A DNA stretch of 64,000 nt, from assembly GCF_009914755.1 (NCBI RefSeq), contig NC_060933.1. One strand, 5' to 3'. The notes under the pieces were generated by a model. It saw only the letters and a program-made list of their open reading frames with translations, was not told the DNA's origin and did no database searches. Of this stretch, positions 32,968 through 47,636 are shown one piece after another (position 1 is the stretch's first letter; every line of letters starts with the position of its first letter). Both the position numbers and the translations under genes were made by a program. Source of the DNA: the human T2T-CHM13v2.0 reference genome, Homo sapiens.

Positions 32968-33835
32968 CACTGGCTCTCAAACTTTTTTGACCTCATTACT
33001 CTTGTATACGCTGAGAATTAGTGAGGACCCCTAAGAGCGTCTGTGTATGTTGATTATATATATATATTATTATTATATAGATATATTATGTTATATAATA
33101 TATATTTTTTTATATTATATATAATATTAAGTTGTATAATATGTATATATACACATTATACTATGTGTATATTGGTTATATAATATATATTATATGATAT
33201 GTAATATATAATATATATTGTATTATATATTATATATAATATATATTGTATTATGTATTATATATAATATATATTATGTTATATATTATATATTATATAT
33301 AATATTATGTATTATATAATATATATTATATTATATATTATATATTATAGTATGTATTATATATAATATAATATATATTATATATTATATATATAATTAT
33401 GTGCCCCACATATAAGTACTTGTCTTTTTTATATTTATATATATACATTTACTATATTTCAAGTAAAAAATTTTATAATCATATTTTTAGCTTCATTTAA
33501 AACTGAGTTCATTGCATGTTAGTATAAACAATATATTTTTTTGAAGAATAGTTATTTTCCAATGTCTCATAACAATTTGAAAAATGTGGAATTGCTTTAT
33601 ATTTGTAAAAAGCATTTTGACGACTGAATTAATAGAAGACAGCAGGATTCTCAAACCTCTTCTGCATTCAATCTCTTGTTATATCATATGTCATATAGCC
33701 TCTGGAAAATTATGCTATATGCTCATGAGAGAATAAGATTCTAGAACAAATAATGGCTTACCACTATTATGAAAATTGTTTTTATCTCATGAATTTCTGA
33801 AAATGCCTGGGGATTCCATACTTTGAGAGTCTCTG
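32968..33835 (+). mobile_element. Charlie4a-like hAT DNA transposon containing an AT-rich expansion
   Basis: TIRs CACTGGCTCTCAAAC and CTTTGAGAGTCTCTG; GAGGACCCC; TTAATAGAAGACAGC. Confidence 0.75.
33053..33447. repeat. AT-rich (TA)n / ~27-bp unit low-complexity tandem array
   Basis: Repeated ATATATAATATATATT(G/A)T units. Confidence 0.95.
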
Positions 33836-34019
33836 CCCAAATTCATTGTAGTTCTGAGATCATCCCAAATTTTCAACAAAAAAGCACATAAATTAGTTGT
33901 TCTCCCTAGTGACAACATAGCACAATGAGGAGGTTAATCCTTGAGAGAGAAAATTAAATTATAGTTTTTAAAAATAATATGTCCTCTAAATTTTAAAAAT
34001 TATTTTGTAACCATTCGAG

Positions 34020-34380
34020 GAGTATAGCAATAACAACAAACGCAGAGCAACTATAGGTATTTTCATTCACCTTATCTTGTTTCAACGTCATAAGAATCCT
34101 GGTCCATAAGTAAAGCAGGCTATATACTTATGCCCATTTTAGTTATGAGAAAAATGAGGCTCTTCAAGGAAAAGTGGTTCCCACAAGTACAATGTATATT
34201 TGCATCTAGTTAAATGTAAAGGGCCAAATGGACTTGAATATTGTGCTACCTGTTAGTATTGTTTAACAAACTCATCTGACAAACAAGAGTTAAGAAATCT
34301 AGTTTATAACTTGGGCTCTGTCTACAATTTGGCATTGGACTTAACTTCTCAGAATCTCTCCTTATAGGAGTAGAGGGGGG
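34020..34380. mobile_element. MIR fragments
   Basis: CCCATTTTAGTTATGAGAAAAATGAGGCTC; CTTAACTTCTCAG. Confidence 0.6.
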
Positions 34381-34538
34381 TGTCAAAGTTAAATTTTCTC
34401 ATGCCAAATTTTACAAAATTTAAAAAATGATAAGATTTTGACTCAGTTATTTTTCCCTCAGCTTTCTATGAAAAAGTAATTAAACCGTCAATAACAGTGA
34501 ATTTCTTTTTATTCTTTTGCTCGCCTTATTTTCAATCT

Positions 34539-34847
34539 TTTTTTTAACTTTTATTTTAGGTTCAAGGGTACATGTTCAGGTTCATTATATAGATGAACTA
34601 GTGTCATGTGGGTTTGTTGCACAGATGATTTTGTTACCCAGGTACTAAGCCTAGTACCTAATAGTTATTTTTTCTACTTCTCTCCCTCCTCCCTGCCTCT
34701 GCCTTCAAGCAAGCCCTGGTGCCTGTTGGTCTCTTTTTTGTGTCCGTGTGTTCTCATCATTTAACTCTCTCTTATAAATGAGAACATGTAGTATTTGGTT
34801 TCCTGTTTCTGTGTTAGTTTCCCAAGGATAATGGCCTCCAGCTCCAT
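34539..34847 (-). mobile_element. 5'-truncated L1PA15/16-type 3' end
   Basis: TTTTATTTTAGGTTCAAGGGTACATG...ACCCAGGTACTAAGCC...GCCTCCAGCTCCATC. Confidence 0.88.
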
Positions 34848-36899
34848 CAATTTGTGGCTCTTCAGTGCACTCTATGAAGACTGACCCTGCCAGTTTGACT
34901 AACTGGGGGAGGAATCACTGATTAGTTGATTAGTCACTTGGTGTTCCTGAGACAGAAGAAAAACAAGCAGTAAAATTTCACACTAACTTCTCTTTGGTGA
35001 ATACAGAAGTAACTTAGACTAAGCACGTTCAAGCTGGAATTTGTGATGAGGCAAAGTCCATTAGTGCTCCCAGAAACTCACCTGAATTCTCACATGAAGG
35101 GTTTTAGGGACTGAACTAAGCCTTTTAATTATTTTTAGACTGAATCATATTAGAAATTGAGCTCTATTCCCCCTTGTACCAGGCTCTCTGGTTGAAAGAT
35201 GCTTTGGGAGGAGTGTTTAACCCTTCAGGGCCTATAAGGTTCTACTTTGGGTAAATTGACATTTAGCAGCAAAAATCTCACATTTCAGATAAATACCTCT
35301 GGGTGTCTTCCTTACACATATAGGCTATATGTGATTGGTCTCCCCACTCCACCAAAAAAATTAGATATAATACTTACGTACTTACAGTAAAACAAGACTG
35401 ATTGCTACTTTGGCTCTCTCATATTTCCTCTCATCACCTAGCACAGAAAAATTTCAGGTCTTGTTTCATGTTAACTTTTATGTCTAAATCTTAAAAAACC
35501 TCTCACTAGCTTAAGTATTTCGGTTCGTAGATTCTAAATGCACAACAAATTCAGCAGGGCAAATACAGAAATCTATATCTTCCAAGAAATCTCGTAAAGC
35601 TCTTAGAACATTATTTTTTATCAAAGGCAATATTGAGATCTTCACTGTTCCTAAACCAGAATTCAAGGCCAAGTTCTGATCTGTTTGCTTCCCTAGTCCA
35701 ATCATTCCCTCCAACGTAAAAAGGCTTATTCTCTTTTCCCACTGCTAAATCTCTTGCTTGAATCTTCAACAATGTCGTTCTGAATGAGAAAACTGCATCT
35801 CCTTTTTGACTTGACATATAATTCTTCTGAGTACTACTGATACATTCATTTCCATTGTTGACCTGGTTAGGCCATGATGCTCTGTTATCTGCTGACATTA
35901 ATGCCTGGTACACGATTACCTTGCAGATCAAATTAATGATTGCAATTTCAGTGTGAAATTACAGTACTCTTCTTCCAGGATTTATTTAAGGTAATAATAC
36001 TAGGATTTCTTTTTAATTAGTTAGGACACATTTCTAAGTAGTGATATTAAATACTTGAAATATTTTATATAAAATATATAAATATATGTCAAAACATCAA
36101 GAAAAACATAATTTGTATTTAAATGCATAAATTTATTTATGTATATTAGCATAAAGGATAACATCTATCCTTATGTTGTAAGGATATACAAATATTAAAG
36201 ATTCTTTACAATGATAAGATAAACCCTTTTCTGTTCTCTGGTCCTGGTGCTTACTATGACTTTGGTCGTTTCTGCAACCAGGTCATTCTGATGCCATGGT
36301 CTCTGATAGAGCTAGTCTTGTTTTTTCGGTAACTTTCTGTTCTGTTCAGGGACCTTAAATGAAGCTTCCAACACCACCACCTATGGGAATCGCAATTTTG
36401 ATTTTTCTGCTCACCAGTCCAGGAAGAATGGTCCTGCCCACAGTGAAATGAATCACCTCCCTGTAGAGACAAAAGCAGATATCAGAAAGTCCTTTCTGCC
36501 TATATCATGGTGGGTGGGGGTCAGGCTACATGAACAGAAAACTGACAGGAGATAGGATAATGAGCTCCAAAAACCAGGAAGTAAAGGGAGCCTGGGAGGG
36601 CTGAAGCTGTCAGAGATGCAGGGATGATGCTGCAGATGTATAAGCTGCTGAAGAGTATCTTTCATAAAGCTTCTATCCCCACTACAATGCTCATGTTTTG
36701 GTACTTTATAAACCGTGATACACCAGAAGACCCTAAAACGAAAAACAGATATTTAAATCACTAGGTTAAAGCTAAAATAATAATTCAAGTCTTTCCTACC
36801 CTACCAGTCTGAGTGAAGTGTAAATTTTGTGAGAATAAAAACACATCACACATTGCCCCCTTTCAGGCAAAAGATGCTCCATTAACTATGAATGAATTC

Positions 36900-37500
36900 A
36901 TGCTAGCTAAATCTAGGCAGGAAAATAGGATAATTTTTGTTGTTGTTTCAGGTAGTATGAACCATATATGAGAAAGCACAGGGCCATGAAATAATATATT
37001 TAGGGAATTATAAGTAGTCAAAATTGCTGGACCAATGGTTGCTTTTTGATGAGTGGTAATAGAATAACTGGGGAGGTAAAAGAAATTCTAAGCATGATAA
37101 ATGATGAAGATTAAACTGGGGAAATGATAATACATTTTGAAAGCTTTTGAGATCTAATGAAGAACTTTAATCTGGACAGGAAGATTGGAGGACTGGCATT
37201 TTACCAGATTTGGATGATTTTTAAAGTTCATTTTATTAGCAGTATAGGGAACAGAATGGGGCAAAACTGGTGGGAAGGAGGTTATTGCAATATCCAGGAG
37301 AAAAGTAGGAAAGGCTCCATGTAAGCCAGCTGTGGTGAAAAGGTAGAGGAGGAGACTCAAAATAAGTATCAACTAGGAGGTAAAAACACCAGGAACTAGT
37401 GGGGCAGTGAGAGCAGTAAAGAGAGGATAATAAGGTAAGATGATTTTCAGGCTTCTGATTTGGGAAATAATCCTTAGTAATATTTTTCACTATCGTAAGA
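36900..37500 (+). mobile_element. L2 fragment
   Basis: GGAGGTTATTGCAATATCCAGG and TTTTCAGGCTTCTGATTTGG, typical of L2 3' regions. Confidence 0.6.
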
Positions 37501-37694
37501 GCAATCAATAGGGTTACATGTATCTTGAAAGGCAGAATAATTCCTGAACACAATAATAGCTATAATTTAATGAGCACTTATTTGGTACCTGGTAGCATGC
37601 TACATACAAAAATGTTTTAGGCAAAATATAAGCACCCATGGAGGTAAGGTGTCCCTCTTCCTTAGCAGGCCCTACAAAATTATTCATTCTTTTT

Positions 37695-40345
<2,651 letters not shown>

Positions 40346-40895
40346 TATTAAATAATGGTGAATTTTTGAATTGTTGCAAAGGCACAGACAGAATGAAAGA
40401 TCCCCCATGCCCACAGTCCCCTCAACTCCACCACCCACAGGGTTATTATAAAGAGTGCTTGGAAATACATCCTCCCATAGTCAATTACTGCTCCCTGGTG
40501 GTGAGCTCGCCTTCTTTGATAAAGCCTGAGAAGACACTGTTATTAATATCCAATTACAACTTTCCTTTATTCAGTCATTGCTCTTTAAAATTAGGTCTTT
40601 CTCTCTCCTATTATAGATGTAACAAAAGGCCTCAAGAACGTAAAAATTTTCCTAACACAGTGGACTCTATAAAGACTATATGAGATCTGGCCAACTTTCT
40701 TCTCTGCACTTTTTAATGAGATATCTATATATATATATATAGATATAGATATATATATATAGTCTCATAGGAATCTAACACATATGTTTTGTAGAACAAT
40801 ATTCTCCCAATGAAAGTCACAAGTCCACCTCGTCACAGATCTAGGACAATTGTCATGTGGTTAAGGACCTAGAATTTCTTCTCCTCTTAAGATAG

Positions 40896-41170
<275 letters not shown>

Positions 41171-42049
41171 TTACACACAAATATAATGTAATCTTCTATG
41201 AAGTAGCTATTGACACCTACATTCTGCAAGTCAGAAAGCTAACAAAGACAATACATTGTCCAACCTCGCATAGCTACCAAATATTAGATATAAATTTCAA
41301 GCCCAGTCTTAAGACCTTCACAGTATACACCCCACCTCCTATCAGTTCGACATTGAACCTGTTGAAACTGAAAGTTTTGTGAGACGTTAAAGTGGGTATA
41401 TGCTGTATACAGTTGAATATAAGTCCAGAGCTTCAGATTAAGGCCAAGACTGGTGATACAGGTCTGAGTTTATCAGATCAGAATGTAATGGCTAAAGATG
41501 GGGAATTGTACAATATTGCCAGAGACAGTAGGAAATAATATTGTGTTTACAAGTAAATTTGTATGTGCAACGAAATAGTTCATTTTGGTTTCAGATCACA
41601 GCCATCACTGAAGGGACAGGGTGAGCAGTTTATCTTCTGTGATGTTCCCTGTACAAACTACATACAGAACCAAATACCTATTTCAATGAAAGCAGCCTAC
41701 TTTTCTAGTCTTAATTTTGTAATCAAAATGAGTCAATTCTTTCATTCTGCTGCTTTTGAGGGCTCTGAGTTCAGTAGGAAAGTCACATTCTTTTATTCAT
41801 ACAAATTAAACACAAGATTATTATATCTGAAAGGTACTCATACATAAATAAATATTGAAATTTATAGCATTATTTGAGAATTGTAACAAAAAGATAAAAA
41901 TATCAAAGCAGGAGTAGTTATATAATAGGTTTTAGACAAATGCAAGGTATTAATAGGACATTAATGACAACAGCCTTTCAGGTCACTATATATTTAAATG
42001 AAACTCACTTTTTTCTTGTTTTATGATATTCTATATTACCTTAATTATT

Positions 42050-44950
42050 TGATCTCTATTATTGAAGGACAGTCATAATTTCTACATCTAGCCATAACGC
42101 ACAATGCTGTGATATGATTTTTGTATGTGTTCTTATATAAAATCATTTTACATTCTGGTGCTATTAACTAGAGACTAATTTCTTCAAAGTGGGATTTCTG
42201 GGTCAAAGAGTATGTGAGATTTTCATTTAAATGAAATTGCCACTTTTACTTTCATATAATATTTTAGCTAGTTAGCCTTTAACAAATAATGTAATGGAGT
42301 ACCAATATCTTTTTCTCTTTTCTTTTTGATCAGAACCCTTTGTTTAAATATTTGTCAACCTAATGAACAGGTGAAAATGGCAACATTATTTTGGTTGCAT
42401 TGTTACTTTAGTTTTTTTTTTTATCATGCAGCCAGAGTACTTGATAATTGCCATTTTGATTTCTTTTTATGTGTATTATACTTTTATGTGATCATTTATC
42501 TATGGGAAACTGGATAAAGGAGGTTTCTTTTCCATTTAACATTTATAAGGCTTTTCATATAACTGAAAAGTGTATAATGATCAGTCTCTCATGTGTATTG
42601 CAAATATTCTCCCAAATATTTGTCTTTTAGTTTTACATTTTTATTGTATTCTTCTTGTGGATATTTATCTGTGTAAAATATACATGTATTTGCTATGGAA
42701 ACTAGAAATCCATAGGTATTCTCTTATAAGTAGCCAACTCATGGTAGTACTTATTAAATAAATAATTCTTTTTTTCAAATTACATATATATCACATCAAT
42801 TTATTTTTAGTAACTGATATATTTTTAAAATTCATATAGAATAATAAAGCAATTTCTCTTAAACTTTTTGCCATTCTCATATTTTCCTCTGAATTTTTTT
42901 CTTCCCACTGAATACTAAAAAATTAATTTGTAAGATTTTTGTTATTTTTTTTTCCATTTTGGTTGTCATTAAAATTGTTAATATATGAAGTTTACCTTTG
43001 AAATCCAACATAACATTTTGTGATGTGATGTCTATTTACATGTAGTTTTTGTACTTCAGCAAAATCTTAGATCTGAACTTTTCTCTCTAAATTATTCTTT
43101 TTCATTTTTCAATGTTTTCAGTATTATACCAGTATTTTAGTTTCAGTTGTATTTTGAACAGATTGTAGCTAAATTTTTACCTTACACTTAGTCAACTATT
43201 TAATTCTACCTTGTTTTCCTCAAGTCTCTCATGCTTCTAAGGCAGACAAAAATATACTCTTTAAAATGTAAGTACATTTTCAGTATTTATATGTATAACT
43301 TTGTCTTCTTGTCTTGTTTCATTAGTTAGCTCTTCCAAAATGGTGTTAAATGAAAATATTGACAGAAAATTTATATTCAAATTTAGTGGAAATAGCCTAC
43401 TTAGTGTTGGTATATTAATCTTTTAATGTACTACTGTATTCAATTTATCATTATCTAATTTATAATTCTAGCATTATATTTATGATTACTTAATCTATAA
43501 TTTTCTTTTTTCCTATTATTATTTCAAATTTTATATAAAGGTAATCTCTTACATAAACAAAATTGATATTTTTTGAAATTCATATGAACTGGGATAGTAT
43601 TTAGAAAGAAAGTATCTGTTCTTTAAAAGTTAGATAAATTTTGTGTTCAAACCATTTGAACATGGGAGTTTTAAAAATCATGTCTTTTTCTTTCCAACTC
43701 CTCTATGATTGCTGCACTCTTTAGGTCCATTTCATTAGTTTATATATTGCCATAAAACTACTATTTACTCTCAATATTAAACTAGTGCTGAAAAATTGCA
43801 CATAAAATTTTAATCCTTCCTATATTTACAGTTGTTATGTCTTTTATCATCCTTAAGTATTTTAATTTTTTAACTTTATCTCTTCTTTCTTTAATCAGGC
43901 TCATCAAAAATTTCTCAATTTTATCAACCTGTTCAAACAACCATCTTTCAGCTTATTACTTTTTGTTTCATAATTTCAACTTTACAGAACTCTTCCTCCT
44001 GCCTTGTTTCATTGTGTTTACCTATCCTTTAATCCTCCAGGTTTTAAGTTAATTGCAATCTTAAACAATATATTTTTGTAATTATAAGAGTTCTGAAGAA
44101 CATGCATTGTCCTCTAGGTACAACTTTAGTGTCACTCCGTAATTGTTCTTCATTATTTCTAAATAATTTTTAGGTTTATTTTGTAACCTCATCTTTGATC
44201 CAGAGATTATTTAGAATATATTTTTTCCGAGCTCTTAGTGTTTATTATTTTTATCATCAAGAGCCAATAAGTCACTGAGTTAGTCATTCATTTATTCAAC
44301 AATAGAATTCAAGACTAATCATTAGGCAATGCTATTTCTACTTTACTTTTTTCTTTCCTTCATACATGATCAATATTTTGAAAACTTCATATGCCATGAA
44401 AAGAATGCACAGTTTCTCTTTTAACTTTATAAATTTTTATTTTATTTTTTGTGCATTGCTACATTTCCATTGACTGGAAAGGTATCTGCATATTGTTCAT
44501 GCTCAAGAAATATTTTTGAATGTGTTAATTCCCGATCTTTATTGTATCAATCAAATGCTTCACCTCCCTCCTTATGCATCATCTTTGGCCTGACAAACTT
44601 GAAAACATGGATAGTAAAATTATTCAACATAATTTTTAATCATCAGTTTCTCCATGTAACTTCAAAACTTTCCTTTTCTTCATGAATTTGTCTGCTCTCT
44701 ACATACATTGGGTGCATAAATGTATCTCTTCACATTTTTAAGTTTTTAATTAAATATAACATCATTTTTTATTTTCCTTACCTATGCTGTTATTGAGTCA
44801 CATTTCAATTTTAATATTGCCACTTTGCTTCTTATTCTGAATATGACAAACATAGGTTTTCTATCCTTTATTTTGAACATTTTTTGGTCAATTTATTTAA
44901 ATATCCTTCTTGTAAATATATTATAGCTATATTTTTGTTTTTTACTCTCC
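42050..44950 (-). mobile_element. Highly decayed L1ME-type fragments
   Basis: T-rich; GGGATTTCTGGGTCAAAGAGTATG, TATTGCAAATATTCTCCC, AAAAGAATGCACAGTTTC. Confidence 0.6.
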
Positions 44951-45246
44951 CACCACTTTCTCACTGCCTTTCTGTTTGGGAATTTGGCAGTTATTCTCAT
45001 TCTTTTTTAAAAGAATAATTTAAGCTAATGTTTTTACTTACAATATTTGTTTTAAATATTTCACAAAATAGATGCTTTACTGCCAAGTATGTTACAGCAC
45101 ATGGAATAGTGTAGTTCATTAAAAGACTAATTAATTAATCATTCATTCACTCACTCCATAATACATATTCAAGACTAATCACAACACAATGCTACAATGC
45201 TAGATACAGATACTAAAAACATAACATTAAAAAATTAACTCTTAGT

Positions 45247-45370
45247 GAGGCATGGCAGTGTATACCTGTAGTCCCAGATACTTGGGAGGCTGAGGCAGGA
45301 GGATTGCTTTAGCCCAGAAGTCTCAGTCCAACCCTTACAATATAGTGAGACCCCGTTGCTAAAAAACAAT
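45247..45370 (+). mobile_element. FLAM monomer inside an L2 fragment (~45130-45700)
   Basis: CCTGTAGTCCCAGATACTTGGGAGGCTGAGGCAGGAGGATTGCTT...GTGAGACCCCG. Confidence 0.8.
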
Positions 45371-46122
45371 TTTTGAAGTCTCTTGCTTACTGTGTAGAAA
45401 ATAAACAGAATTAACCACAAAGTAAATTTTAGTATATTAAAAATCTAGCTTATCAAAGAATATTTCTAAACATGTTATAGAAGATCTGAGAACAAAGAAA
45501 TTACTTCTAAGAAATTGTATGCAAAAAAAAATGACATTAGAATAGATGAACGGGATTTGTCTGTGATAAGCCTCTGGGGTTGATGAGCCAGGTTTTACCA
45601 AATATTAGGGATCTAGAAGAAGGTGCAACATTGAGTTTAGAACCAAGTTTGAGTTCATGAAGAGAAGTAGGAGAAAAGGTATAGAATAAAGGGGAGCGAG
45701 CTCACAAAGATTTAAACACAAAGGCTGCCTCCATATAAATTTCCTCTTATGTTTTAGATGCCTTTTGAATCTTTTCTAGTCATGTTTTTCTACATCCAGT
45801 CCAATGTTTTTCACATACAGGTTTCTTCTACCCTTAAGTATTTTTTACTAGTTTTCTTCTCTTTCTTACTGTTTCTAATGATGTCTCTTTCTAGCTTCCT
45901 AAAATATGTTTACCTATGTATATAAATGTTGTAACTAAACCTAATAAGTAATAACTTTCTCTTTGACTTTCCAAATCCATCTTATATCTCTGTGCTTACA
46001 AAAATGTCCAACATATGTCTAGTAAATCCAATGGTACAATGAGCCTCCTGGAAACAAGATTACCTGTTTTCTCATATCAATTTTACAACAGCCTATACTA
46101 ATTTAGAAAGCCCCTTAAATAG

Positions 46123-46474
<352 letters not shown>

Positions 46475-47636
46475 TTCTTAAATTAGACATAATTAATTAA
46501 AATGTTTTGGAAAGTGTAACTTATTAACAAAAGTAATGTAAATGTTTATTCTTAGAAGCCACTGAAATAGTAGATTTCCTAATTTTCTAACAGATCTTTC
46601 CAATTCAGTTTTTGAGACAGTATCTATTCTCTCTTCTCACCAACTGCTCCTTCAATAGTTCTTTCAGCTGTTCCTCTTTCAAGTACTAATGCTGCCAATT
46701 TTGTTTTCCTTCTAATAATCCGACATCCTATTAATCATGTCAATGTGCCATCAATATTTGCTACTCTTCACACATTATCATAAGATGGTTTATTTTTTCC
46801 ACCTGTTTCCCTGCATTGCCAACAGAGTATCTCTCTTGAATCCAAAAGATTACACCTGTGCAATTTGGAAAGACTCCAATAAACTCTGTAAAATTTGAAA
46901 TTACATTATCTCTAATTTAGCTCCTTTTGATATAGTATCATTGGAGTCAAGTATTATATTTCAGTGATTTTTCACTCAATTTTATATTTACTCCCCCATA
47001 ACATTTTTCTTTCCATGGCTTAATCAATAATGCTAGGTATATCTGTTCCTTTCAAAGTAATGCATACTTTTTGATCTGACGAGTTTTTCCTCTGAGTTCA
47101 CATTTTTTCAATTTTAAAGCAGCAGTAGACAAATTATTCCAAGTTTTAACAAATGTTAACCAATTGCATGAGGTTGTTGGTCAATATGTGTGTGTGTATA
47201 ATTATATACATTTTAATAAGATCTAGTGGGAAATTAAGCAAAACATTGCAGAAAGAAACCTTTATGTATTAAAGTGGTTTTATATATTCCTTTTGAAGAA
47301 ATGTACTCTTATTAATTATAAATTTGGTTTATATACAATAAAAAAGTATTGCTAACTGGGCACAGTAATATAATACTACAATTTATCTACCCAAATTTAT
47401 TATTTCCCTCCTTAATATTAGTATTGTACTATCAGATCTTACCTGATAGAATGACATAAATTATGACCTTAAAGTATTAAATATTACAGCTGTAAAAGAT
47501 CCTAAAGATAATTTACTTTAGTTTTTTTATTCTATAAATTTTGAGATTAATACACAAATTATTCAATATCACATTTCTGGTCACTTTTTGTGCTGTCCAG
47601 AGCTCTAGACTGGCACTGTTTAAAATATAGACCTCT

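Noticed and set aside
33053-33447. Repeat array with a unique 'spacer' as a CRISPR-like structure
   Set aside because: Low-complexity AT slippage units, a single insert, and no cas genes; eukaryotic context.
35511-35931. Overlapping minus-strand ORFs (106 aa and 67 aa) as a frameshifted pseudogene
   Set aside because: No protein family recognised, and no poly-A or TSD.
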